IMG/VR virus record: IMGVR_UViG_3300032239_000979
Location: 1 to 26,667 of that record
Strand: one strand, 5' to 3'
Source: a virus
Lineage: Duplodnaviria; Caudoviricetes
DNA length: 26,667 nt
The notes under the pieces are model-generated. The model searched no databases. It worked only from the letters and a program-made list of their open reading frames with translations, and was not told the origin of the DNA. A program made the translations under genes and the position numbers. This document shows positions 15,646-24,751 of the stretch, in pieces. Numbering within the stretch: position 1 is the first letter of the stretch; every line of letters begins with the position of its first letter.

Positions 15646-15741
15646 GTAGTTCAGAGAATCCACCACAAGGTGGGCCGAGGCATCGGCGGGAAGAACAGCC
15701 CCGGCAGGGGTATGCGCTGGGTTCGAGGCCAGCCGCCAACA
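15640..15741 (+). ncRNA. tRNA-like RNA lacking an anticodon loop, with an expanded D-loop
   Basis: Acceptor stem GTTGGTG/CGCCAAC+A, TA linker, D-stem GTTC/GAAC, arm GCCCC-GGCA-GGGGT, T-arm GCTGG-GTTCGAGG-CCAGC. Confidence 0.7.
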
Positions 15742-15779
15742 ACTTGTTACACTGGAGCGAATAGGAATAAGGATTAACC

Positions 15780-16382
15780 ATGCCAGAAACTACCGCCAAG
15801 CCATCCAAACGGCCCGAGACGCTCGAAATCGAGCCGGTTGAGGTCAACCTACCAACCATCACCCAAAACGCGCCTGTGGCCCCGAAAAAGAAACTAGGCC
15901 GCCCATCCAAATACAGCCCAGAACTCGCAGCAGAGATTGCCCAACGCCTGAGCGCAGGAGAGCCGCTACGGAAAATCTGTAGGGATGAGCACATGCCGCA
16001 TTGGACGGTGATGTATGACTGGTTGGCAAAAGACAAAGATCTTTACCTACAGGTCGCGCGCGCTCGCGAAGCCGGGTATGAGGCTTTGGCTGAGGAAGCA
16101 TTGGAGATTGCCGACGAGCGGCCAGAGGTGAATGAGCTGATTGACAAGAAGACCGGCGAGGTCCTGAGCATTGATCTGAGCAGCGCCTACATCTCGTGGC
16201 AGAAGAACCGCATCGAGACCCGACTAAAGTTGCTGGCTTGCTGGAGCCCGGCTAAGTATGGCAACCGCACCGTGGTGGCTGGTGACGACAAGAACCCGCT
16301 GGTGGTCGAGGCCAGCTTTGACGTATTCGGCGAGGTCCTGAAGCACTTGTCCATGGCCAAGCTCGATGGGCAACCTAGCTGA
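15780..16382 (+). CDS. terS: Terminase small subunit
   Basis: GRPSKYSPELA.EI..RL..GE.LRKIC...MP....YDWL...ARARE...ALEIAD...P.KYG; directly upstream of terL. Confidence 0.85.
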   Translation: MPETTAKPSKRPETLEIEPVEVNLPTITQNAPVAPKKKLGRPSKYSPELAAEIAQRLSAGEPLRKICRDEHMPHWTVMYDWLAKDKDLYLQVARAREAGYEALAEEALEIADERPEVNELIDKKTGEVLSIDLSSAYISWQKNRIETRLKLLACWSPAKYGNRTVVAGDDKNPLVVEASFDVFGEVLKHLSMAKLDGQPS

Positions 16383-17781
16383 CATCCTGCGCGACCCCAA
16401 GATTCGGGAGCAGTTCGCAAAGCTACCGGAAAGCCATCGCATTGCGTTCGCATGGCGTGCCAAGTGGATCATCGCCGCCCACCGGCATCAAATCCAGCCC
16501 GTCGGCGACTGGTGGTCCATCTGGCTGATGTGCGCAGGCCGTGGAGCCGGAAAGACCCGCGCAGCCGCCGAGAACATCGCTTGGTGGGCATGGGAGCAGC
16601 CCGGAACCCGGTGGCTGGTGTCCGCCCCGACATCCGCTGACCTGCGCGGAACCTGCTATGAGGGCGACTCCGGCCTGATTGCCGTCATCCCGCCTGAGCT
16701 GGTCAGGGACTACAACAAGTCTTTGCATGAGCTGACCCTCATCAACGGCTCCCTTATCAAGGGCATCCCGGCGTCCGAGCCCGAGCGCTTCCGTGGTCCA
16801 CAGTTCCACGGCGCATGGCTGGATGAGCTGGCCGCATGGGAGTACCTGCAAGAGAGCTGGGACATGCTCCAGTTCGGCATCCGGCTTGGTAAGCAGACCC
16901 GAATCATCGCGTCCACCACGCCAAAACCAAAAGATGTTGTGATGGACCTGATTGCCCGTGAAGGCGACGACGTGGTCATCACCCGCGCCAGCACCTACAG
17001 CAACATCGACAACCTCGCGCCATCGTTCCAGAAGCAAATCTTGAGCTATGAGGGCACGAACCTTGGGCGGCAGGAGATCCACGCCGAGATCATCGACCCC
17101 GAGGAGGGCGGCATCGTCAAGCGGGACTGGTTCCGCCTGTGGCCGGACGGCAAGGCTTTCCCCAAGTTTGAGTACATCGTCCAGTCCATGGATGTGGCCA
17201 CCAGCGAGAAAACCCAGAACGACCCGACCGCCCATATCACCTTCGGCGTGTTCAAGCCCATGGACGGCGGCATGTGCGTCATGGTGATCGACTGCTGGCA
17301 GGACCGCCTGCAATACCCTGACCTGCGCCCCAAGATCGTGGACGAGTATGAGACCGTGTACGGCGACGGAAAGGAAAAGAAGCGCGTGGACGTCCTGCTA
17401 ATCGAGGACAAGAGCGCCGGTATCAGCCTGATCCAAGACCTGCGCCGGGCTGGCCTGCCGGTAATCCCGTGGAATCCGGGCAAGGCCGACAAGATCCAGC
17501 GCCTGTCCATCGTCTCCAACATCATCAAGGCCGGGCGGGTCTGGGTTCCAGAGTCCAGCAAGCGCAAAGGGTTTGTGCGAGACTGGGCCGAGGGCATGGT
17601 CAGTCAGATCTGTTCTTTTCCGGAAACCGCCCACGACGACTTCGTGGACGCCATGAGCCAAGCCCTGCGCTACCTGCGCGACGCCGGGTGGCTGACCATC
17701 GACTTCCCCCGCGAGTGGGTGGATGAAGAAGACTACATTGACGCTGGTGGCCGTAGCAGGGAAAATCCATACGCCGCGTAG
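16366..17781 (+). CDS. terL: Terminase large subunit
   Basis: Walker A AGRGAGKT, Walker B AWLDE, STTPK motif, and nuclease residues D.A / DPTA / IED / HDDFVDA. Confidence 0.95.
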   Translation: MGNLADILRDPKIREQFAKLPESHRIAFAWRAKWIIAAHRHQIQPVGDWWSIWLMCAGRGAGKTRAAAENIAWWAWEQPGTRWLVSAPTSADLRGTCYEGDSGLIAVIPPELVRDYNKSLHELTLINGSLIKGIPASEPERFRGPQFHGAWLDELAAWEYLQESWDMLQFGIRLGKQTRIIASTTPKPKDVVMDLIAREGDDVVITRASTYSNIDNLAPSFQKQILSYEGTNLGRQEIHAEIIDPEEGGIVKRDWFRLWPDGKAFPKFEYIVQSMDVATSEKTQNDPTAHITFGVFKPMDGGMCVMVIDCWQDRLQYPDLRPKIVDEYETVYGDGKEKKRVDVLLIEDKSAGISLIQDLRRAGLPVIPWNPGKADKIQRLSIVSNIIKAGRVWVPESSKRKGFVRDWAEGMVSQICSFPETAHDDFVDAMSQALRYLRDAGWLTIDFPREWVDEEDYIDAGGRSRENPYAA

Positions 17782-17810
17782 AATGCGCGCCATCACCATA
17801 GGACCGAGCC

Positions 17811-19892
17811 ATGGAACCACCCATTGAGCAGATGCAGCAGGCGCTGAGTAAAGCCCCTACCAAGCGTGACCAGACCGTCAAGAATGCCCAGCGCATGGCT
17901 TACCCCGGCGTCTACGGCAGACCCGATGAAGTTGCCGCCATGGCCGCATCCCGAGTCGCTCCCGAGGACCCGGCACTCAAACAATTATTTGGCGTGACCC
18001 GTGCCGATATGTATGAGGCAGCCAAAGACCGAAAAGGTATGCCGCACCTTGGAATGCTGCCCGGCGCAGCAGCCAACCCCCGAGGATCGGAATCAACCGA
18101 AGGCGTGATGAACAAGCGCAATGAGCAGCGCCTGTTGGATGTCATGGCTGAAGCCGGTAAGCACCAAGGGCTAGTGCATGGCATGGACCCGTGGTATTAC
18201 ATGGACCCAATGTTTGAGCACATGGTTCAGCTAGTCGGGCCGCAAAAAGCCGCCGAAGAGTACAAAAAAATGAATGCCCTGATGGGTATGGCCTCCTCGG
18301 CCAGCGAAGTGAACACCGAAATTCCCCGAGGATCATTGGCATACTGGCTGCAACGGCAGGGCCGGTTCGACGAGTTTGTGAAGCACGGTGGCAAGCGCGA
18401 CCCCAACCGACCGGCAGATTTTGGTGAAGTGCCCGGTCACCTTGCCCACAAGACTGCCCATGCAGTGCCCATGAAGAACTTCCTGACCGCTGGCAATGTG
18501 GACATGAGCAGCCCCAAAGTGCCGATGTACATTGAGGCATCTGGCGTGCCTGCCATTGGATTCCAGACCCGGACACCGGTGGGCGATGCGCACTGGAGCC
18601 GTGCCGTAGGATTGGCCGACACCCGCAACACCAAGATGATGAAGGGCAAGGAGATGGTCCCCGGCCAGAGCGTGACCACGCCGGAGATGTCGGCGCTTGG
18701 ACCGTGGTGGGCAGAGAAGATTGCCAAGCCATTGGGATTGGAGTCGGTCCCGGCGCAAGCTCGGGCATGGGGTGCATTCTCCCCGCAGACCGGCGTGACG
18801 ACTCCTATTGGAGCGCCTAAGCTGGAGCTGATTGCCAAGCAAATCATGCTGACCGCCAAGCGATTGGGCATACCTCCAGAAAAAGCCCGCGACCTTGTCC
18901 TGACCGGCCAAGAGCGCATGGGATTGGCAGAGGGTGGAACAGTTGGCTATGCCGATGGCGGCAGCGTCGAGCCCACGCAGGACCAGATGCTGGCGCACGT
19001 CATGCTGCACAAAACCCCCGATTCGGTGGACATCCGCAACGTAGGCGTCAATGAGGCCCCCGATCTGCCCATCAAGGCGTATGTGCCGCCCAACGGTGGC
19101 GATGGCGCTGGCTTGCCAATCGGTGGCGTGGACTTCCAGCCCCTGACGCCGGGCAACCAGTTGATGCCCCAGCAACCCGGACAACCCCAAGGTGGGCCAC
19201 CGCCCGCACAGCCACCGCAAGGAGGTATGCCACCCCCCGGAGCGCCCGGAGCGCCGCCGCCACAGCCCGGCCAGCCGCAAAGCAACATCCTGTCGCTGAC
19301 GCCCCAAGGCCAAGCCATGCAGGCCATGCGCCCCAGCCCGCAGGCTATGCCACGTCAACCCGGTCCAACCATGCCCAAGATGTCCAAGGGCGGGACGGTC
19401 GAGGAGATGCGCAGGGCTATTGCCGACGCGGCCAAGTCATCGGGCATGAAGGCCCCCGTGGTGGCCAACAAGTCCTTGATGAATGTGGAAGACTTTCACC
19501 AGTCGCTTGGAGATGCTATTCGCAAACAAGCGGGGGACATGCAAAATCTGATGGAGTCCATGCCGTTTAAGTATGACAAAGGCCACCATGTGTTCACCAA
19601 GTGGTCGGCGGATAAGAACAAGCCGCCTTACAAGATTTTGAGCCGCACTTTGTACGGCAACAACCCAGTACGAGAGGATCACCCGACGTTGGGGCCGGGC
19701 ATGGGCAAACACGTCAAGGACCCCGACACAGGCAAGACCAAGCGCACGCCTTACGAGCCCGGCTACAAGGTGCGCATGCAAATGGGACCAGACGATTGGC
19801 ACGAATCCGTGATTCCTGAGTCAGCCATTCTTGGCCACCTCAAGGCGGGCGGATCAACAAACGACATCGAGCTTGAGGAGCGCCCACTGTGA
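17811..19892 (+). CDS. Polyvalent (multidomain) protein: HhH-glycosylase-like domain, P/Q-rich linker and SH3-like C-terminal domain
   Basis: WY...S....V...PK...GDAHWSR...GL....AQARAW motif set; QQPGQPQGGPPP linker; four xxxGGx motifs. Confidence 0.6.
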   Translation: MEPPIEQMQQALSKAPTKRDQTVKNAQRMAYPGVYGRPDEVAAMAASRVAPEDPALKQLFGVTRADMYEAAKDRKGMPHLGMLPGAAANPRGSESTEGVMNKRNEQRLLDVMAEAGKHQGLVHGMDPWYYMDPMFEHMVQLVGPQKAAEEYKKMNALMGMASSASEVNTEIPRGSLAYWLQRQGRFDEFVKHGGKRDPNRPADFGEVPGHLAHKTAHAVPMKNFLTAGNVDMSSPKVPMYIEASGVPAIGFQTRTPVGDAHWSRAVGLADTRNTKMMKGKEMVPGQSVTTPEMSALGPWWAEKIAKPLGLESVPAQARAWGAFSPQTGVTTPIGAPKLELIAKQIMLTAKRLGIPPEKARDLVLTGQERMGLAEGGTVGYADGGSVEPTQDQMLAHVMLHKTPDSVDIRNVGVNEAPDLPIKAYVPPNGGDGAGLPIGGVDFQPLTPGNQLMPQQPGQPQGGPPPAQPPQGGMPPPGAPGAPPPQPGQPQSNILSLTPQGQAMQAMRPSPQAMPRQPGPTMPKMSKGGTVEEMRRAIADAAKSSGMKAPVVANKSLMNVEDFHQSLGDAIRKQAGDMQNLMESMPFKYDKGHHVFTKWSADKNKPPYKILSRTLYGNNPVREDHPTLGPGMGKHVKDPDTGKTKRTPYEPGYKVRMQMGPDDWHESVIPESAILGHLKAGGSTNDIELEERPL

Positions 19893-22138
19893 CCTTCTAC
19901 TCCCCTATCGACCGGCTGGCCCAGACCCTGCCCCGTCCAAAGGGGACCGGCGCAGAGTTCATGACCGAACTCAGCAAGATGCCCGGCTACAAGTCGCAGG
20001 AGGCCGAGGACCGTGGGCTACAGGCGCTTATGAACCTGCCCAAAATGGAGCGGGCGCAGTTCATGGAGGCGCTGAAGAGCAAACGGCCCGTAGTGCCTCA
20101 AACGCACGAGTTGAGTGGCGACTACGGTGGCTACGAGCCTCATCACGAGGAATACACCTTGCCGGGCGGAACCAACTACCGTGAAATATTGTTGCAGCAC
20201 CCAAAGGGCGCATTTAAGGGCGTAGAGCACCACTTCGATGGCACGCCAAACATATTGGCCAGCGTCCGCGTTAAGGACCGTATGGTTCCCGGCGAGATGG
20301 GTTACACCTTGCGCAACAAAACATCGGGATTTAAGAGCCGCCATCACAAAACGCTAGAAGAAGCGCAGGCTTCGATACAAAACTATCCAGAACATTTTCG
20401 TTCCACGTTGGACGTGGTGCCTAATAAAGGCCCAGACAAAAAGATTCTGCACATCGAAGAGCTGCAATCTGATTGGCATCAGCAGGGGCGTGAGCATGGT
20501 TACCGACCTGCGGGGCAATCAGAAAGATTGACTGGTGAGCCCTACAAAGTTGATGAAGATGAGTATGGAATCAAATGGTCAGATGGCAGTATTGAACCTG
20601 ATACATATAGCGAAAATTATGCAAGAAGGATTGCTGAACAAGGCAAACTGACAGGCAAAGTGCCCGATGCCCCGTTCAAAAAAAATTGGCATGAGATGGC
20701 GCTCAAAAAAATGATTCACCATGCCGCTGCCAACGGCTATGACGCCATCGCCATCACGCCGGGGCAAGAGCAGGCGGATCGGTATGGGCTGGCCAAACAT
20801 GTTAAAGACTTGACTTACCTAAAAAATAAAAATGGCACACATGACCTATCAGCATTTAGTCATGAAGATGTTCCAATAATTGAAAAACAAAATTTGACGC
20901 CACAAGATTTAGAAGCGCATGTTGGCAAAGAATTGGCCAAAAAGATTTTGAGCAATGAAGGTGAGCCAACAAAGTACGACAAAAACGCAAGAACATTGTC
21001 TGGTCTTGACCTCAAGGTTGGTGGCGAAGGCATGAAGGGTTTTTACGACAAGATCGTGCCCAACTTTCTAAACCAGTTTGGCAAGAAGTACGGCGCAAAA
21101 GTGCAATTGGGAACAATTGCGGGTATGTCATTTCCAGATTATCTTGCCAAAAGAAATATAGAACTTCGTAACGGGGAAATGTTTTCTAGCGGTTTTCCAT
21201 TGCATTCTTCCGCAGTAAAAAAAGCTTACGAAGAAGAAAATCCTATAGGACACGTACTAGGACATACGTTCCCCATCACCCAAGCCATGCGCGAGGACGT
21301 GACCAAGAACGGTGTACCGCTGTACGCCGATGGTGGACCCGTGCCGCCCCTGCGCCCATTGAGCCCACAGCTTACTGCTTTGCGTGAACAGATGGCCCAG
21401 CAGTCTGCATTGAGCAAGGCATACGACGAGGCCATGAAGAACGTGCGCACCAGTCAAATGCCAACTTTTGCGGATTGGGTGGCATCGCAGGGCAAGGCCA
21501 AGGGCGGCAAAGTGTCACGCAAAGAGCATGACGCCAACCTTGCCAAGTTCCTGTCAGAGAGCAAAGTCAAAGACCGGCTGTACCACGCCACACCGGCAAA
21601 CTTTAATGAGTTCAAGCCCGGCGGGCACAACCCCCGGATAAGCGGCCACGCAATCTGGTTAGGGGCTGATCCATCGCACCTGCCTGCTGCGCACCACATT
21701 GGCGACCCTAAGAACCCGAAGACCGGCGTGCAAATAATGCCCGTCCATGTGCAAGTCAAAAAACCAATGGTGTTAGATGACAAGGACATGCTGGAGTGGG
21801 CGCAGGCCGCCTACGCAGGCGGCAGCAAAGAATTCCCTGAGTTGATGCCCAAGGAATGGGCCGACAAAGTCAAAGAGGATTACGACAGCATCATTCACGC
21901 AGACCCGCATGGCCGTGGCGATCCGCATGAAGTTATTGTGTTTCATCCAAGCCAAATCAAATCAGCTATTGGCAACCGTGGAACGTATGACACCAGTAAA
22001 TCAGATATGACCAAAGCCAAGGGCGGCCGCATCAAGCCCGTGGGCTACACTAAAGAGCGAATTACAGTTTCACCAAACCTCGATGCAATGCGCTATGAGC
22101 TGGAGAGCGTGAAACACTTTACCAAAAAGGTTAAATGA
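19889..22138 (+). CDS. Polyvalent protein with an IEELQSDWHQ domain and a C-terminal ADP-ribosyltransferase-like (ART-PolyVal-type) domain
   Basis: FYSP...LPGGTNYRE...LHIEELQSDWHQQGR...PDAPFKKNW...GMKGFYD, then RLYHAT..FNEF...IWL...MPVHV...YDSII...EVIVFHPSQIKSAIGNRGTYD. Confidence 0.7.
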   Translation: MTFYSPIDRLAQTLPRPKGTGAEFMTELSKMPGYKSQEAEDRGLQALMNLPKMERAQFMEALKSKRPVVPQTHELSGDYGGYEPHHEEYTLPGGTNYREILLQHPKGAFKGVEHHFDGTPNILASVRVKDRMVPGEMGYTLRNKTSGFKSRHHKTLEEAQASIQNYPEHFRSTLDVVPNKGPDKKILHIEELQSDWHQQGREHGYRPAGQSERLTGEPYKVDEDEYGIKWSDGSIEPDTYSENYARRIAEQGKLTGKVPDAPFKKNWHEMALKKMIHHAAANGYDAIAITPGQEQADRYGLAKHVKDLTYLKNKNGTHDLSAFSHEDVPIIEKQNLTPQDLEAHVGKELAKKILSNEGEPTKYDKNARTLSGLDLKVGGEGMKGFYDKIVPNFLNQFGKKYGAKVQLGTIAGMSFPDYLAKRNIELRNGEMFSSGFPLHSSAVKKAYEEENPIGHVLGHTFPITQAMREDVTKNGVPLYADGGPVPPLRPLSPQLTALREQMAQQSALSKAYDEAMKNVRTSQMPTFADWVASQGKAKGGKVSRKEHDANLAKFLSESKVKDRLYHATPANFNEFKPGGHNPRISGHAIWLGADPSHLPAAHHIGDPKNPKTGVQIMPVHVQVKKPMVLDDKDMLEWAQAAYAGGSKEFPELMPKEWADKVKEDYDSIIHADPHGRGDPHEVIVFHPSQIKSAIGNRGTYDTSKSDMTKAKGGRIKPVGYTKERITVSPNLDAMRYELESVKHFTKKVK

Positions 22139-24600
22139 TGGCAGAACAAGACGACGACCTGAACGACCCCGAGCTGAACGAAGACGGATCGGCGGACGTT
22201 GAGCTGCCCGAGGACGTGTCCGACGTAACTGAGCTGCCCGATGGATCGGCTATTGTGAACATGGAGACCACCGGCCCGGAAGAGTCACCCGACTTCTATG
22301 CCAACATGGTTGAGACCATGGACAGCTATGAGCTGAATACGTTGGCCATGCGCTACGTCAATTTGCTGGACAAGGACAAGAACGCCCGCGAGGAGCGCGA
22401 CAAGCAGTACGAAGAGGGCATGAAGCGCACTGGGTTGGGCAAAGATGCACCCGGCGGGGCCAACTTCTACGGCGCATCCAAGGTGGTCCACCCGGTCATG
22501 GCCGAGGGTTGCGTGGACTTTGCATCCCGCGCCATCAAGGAGCTGTTCCCACCGGACGGCCCGGTCCGCACCAAGATCATCGGAACGGTGGACGATCTGA
22601 AGACGCAGCGCGCCGAGCGCAAGCGCGACTTCCTCAACTGGCAGATTACCGAGCAGATTGAAGAGTTCCGCGACGAGCAGGAGCAGATGCTGACTCAGCT
22701 ACCACTGGGCGGATCGCAGTTCCTGAAGATCTGGTACGACGAGCAGAAGAAGCGCCCGACCGTGGAATTCTTGCCCATCGACAGAATTATTTTGCCGTTT
22801 GCGGCCACCAACTTCTACACTGCACAGCGCGCAGCCGAGGTTCACGAGATCACCGAGTGGGAGTACAACCGGCGCGTGGCCAGCGGCATGTACATCGGCG
22901 GCTCTAACTTGACCAGTGGCCAAGAGCCCGAGCCTACCCGGCCGCAGTCAGCCAACAACAAGATTGAGGGCAAGCAGTTCCAAGACAACGAGGACGGCCT
23001 GCGCAAGGTCTACCACATCTACGTGTTTTTGGAGTTTGAAGACGACAAGTTCTCCAAGGGCGAGATGGCCCCGTACATCATGATGGTGGACGAGCAGAGC
23101 TCCGAAGTTATCGGCCTGTACCGCAACTGGGAAGAGGGCGACGACACGATGACCAAGCTCGATTGGATCATCGAGTTCAAGTTCATCCCATGGCGCGGCG
23201 CATATGCCATCGGCCTGCCGCATCTGATTGGCGGCTTGTCTGCCGCCCTGACCGGCGCTCTGCGGGCCTTGCTGGACTCGGCGCACATCAACAACGCCGC
23301 GACCATGTTGAAGCTCAAGGGCGCAAAGATCAGCGGCCAGACCCAGCAGATTGAGGTGACACAGGTCGCCGAGATTGAAGGCGCGCCCGGCGTGGACGAC
23401 ATCCGCAAGATCGCCATGCCCATGCCGTTTAACCCGCCGTCGCAAGTGCTGTTTCAGCTGCTGGGCTGGCTGGATGATGCCGCCAAGGGCGTGGTGACCA
23501 CCAGCGAAGAAAAGATCGCCGACGTCACCAGCAACGCCCCGGTTGGAACTACGCAGGCGCTGATTGAGCAGGGCGCGGCGGTCTACTCGGCTATTCATGC
23601 CCGCCTGCACCAGTCGCAAGCCCGCCTAATTAAGGTCCTGTGCCGCCTGAACCGCTGGCACTTCGACGAGATGCGCAAGGGCGAGGTCATCAAGGACTTG
23701 GAGATTGAGCGCGAGGACTTTGAGCGCAACACCGATGTCATCCCGGTGTCCGACCCGCACATTTTCAGCGAGACCCAGCGCATGGCCCAGATGCAGGCCG
23801 TGCTGCAACGGGCGGACGCTCACCCCGAGCTATATGACGCCAAGGCCGTGGAAGAGCGCTTCCTCAAGCAGATCAAGATCCCGAACATCTCCGAGCTGAT
23901 GAAGGACGTTCCAGCGCCCGAGCAACGGACGTTGGCTGACGAAAACGCTGCCATGTCTATCGGCAAGCCGTCCTATGCATACATGCAGCAGGATCATCTG
24001 GCGCACATCCAAGGCCACCTGATGTTTGCCATGGACCCGTCCTTTGGTGCGAACCCTTTCATCGCCCCGCAGTTCCTGCCCAATTGCATCGAGCACATCA
24101 AGCAGCACATGACCCTGTGGTACTTGAACCGCATGAACGGCTACGTGGCCAACCTGCGCGGCGGCAAGCCGGTGACCGACTACGACAACCCGCACCTAAC
24201 CGGCATCATCGACCAGCTCTACGCCACCGTGGGCCAGCACGTCGCATTGGACAGCCAGCAGGTGTTCTCGCAGATCTTGCCGCAGATCCAACAGCTCCAG
24301 CAGATGTTGCAGCAGAGCATGCCACCACCGCAGCTTCCGCCCGATGCGCAGGTCGTCAAGGACACCGCCATGGCCGAGACACAGCGCAAGGCCGCCAAGG
24401 ACCAGCAGGACGTGCAAATCGACGTCCAGCAGATGCAAGCGGACATCACCAAGCACAAGATGGACAACGACACCAAGGTCGCCATTGAGAATGCCAAATT
24501 AACCCACGAGACCATCCAGCAGATGGCTCAACCTGCGGCACCCGTCGCGCAACCCGCAGCCCCGGCTGCACCCCAAGGAGTACCAAATGGCCAACAGTGA
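22135..24600 (+). CDS. Portal protein
   Basis: 821 aa downstream of terL; HPVMAE.CVDF.SRA.KELFP..GPV, YAIGL.HLIG, APVGTT.ALIEQG, PVSDP; acidic N-terminus and Q-rich C-tail as in podoviral portals. Confidence 0.85.
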   Translation: MMAEQDDDLNDPELNEDGSADVELPEDVSDVTELPDGSAIVNMETTGPEESPDFYANMVETMDSYELNTLAMRYVNLLDKDKNAREERDKQYEEGMKRTGLGKDAPGGANFYGASKVVHPVMAEGCVDFASRAIKELFPPDGPVRTKIIGTVDDLKTQRAERKRDFLNWQITEQIEEFRDEQEQMLTQLPLGGSQFLKIWYDEQKKRPTVEFLPIDRIILPFAATNFYTAQRAAEVHEITEWEYNRRVASGMYIGGSNLTSGQEPEPTRPQSANNKIEGKQFQDNEDGLRKVYHIYVFLEFEDDKFSKGEMAPYIMMVDEQSSEVIGLYRNWEEGDDTMTKLDWIIEFKFIPWRGAYAIGLPHLIGGLSAALTGALRALLDSAHINNAATMLKLKGAKISGQTQQIEVTQVAEIEGAPGVDDIRKIAMPMPFNPPSQVLFQLLGWLDDAAKGVVTTSEEKIADVTSNAPVGTTQALIEQGAAVYSAIHARLHQSQARLIKVLCRLNRWHFDEMRKGEVIKDLEIEREDFERNTDVIPVSDPHIFSETQRMAQMQAVLQRADAHPELYDAKAVEERFLKQIKIPNISELMKDVPAPEQRTLADENAAMSIGKPSYAYMQQDHLAHIQGHLMFAMDPSFGANPFIAPQFLPNCIEHIKQHMTLWYLNRMNGYVANLRGGKPVTDYDNPHLTGIIDQLYATVGQHVALDSQQVFSQILPQIQQLQQMLQQSMPPPQLPPDAQVVKDTAMAETQRKAAKDQQDVQIDVQQMQADITKHKMDNDTKVAIENAKLTHETIQQMAQPAAPVAQPAAPAAPQGVPNGQQ

Positions 24601-24751
24601 TGCAGAACAGAAGAGCGTTGACGTGCGTCAGCACAAGCGCATGGCGATGGGCGTGCCGATTACCGGCCAGTCCATGCAAACCAAAGGCGAGAGCAAGGCC
24701 CCAGCCAAGCCCGCCGGTGGTCTGAGCCATATCGCTAAGAAGAATAAGTGA
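24587..24751 (+). CDS. Small basic hypothetical protein (54 aa; not in the ORF track)
   Basis: AAGGAG RBS; MANSDAEQKSVDVRQHKRMAMGVP...KKNK. Confidence 0.7.
   Translation: MANSDAEQKSVDVRQHKRMAMGVPITGQSMQTKGESKAPAKPAGGLSHIAKKNK

Noticed and set aside
15640-15741. Canonical tRNA gene
   Set aside because: No 7-nt anticodon loop, an 8-nt T-loop and a 40-nt D-loop; reported as tRNA-like instead.
15745-15753. Extended -10 (TGtTACACT) just before terS
   Set aside because: Plausible second promoter, but with no -35 or other support it was not listed as a feature.
15580-15777. 65-aa ORF upstream of terS
   Set aside because: TTG start, no recognisable motif, and it coincides with the highly structured RNA.
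16423-19358. Long antisense ORFs (296 aa, 341 aa and others)
   Set aside because: They shadow terL and the polyvalent gene, show no recognisable motifs, and are expected from codon bias.
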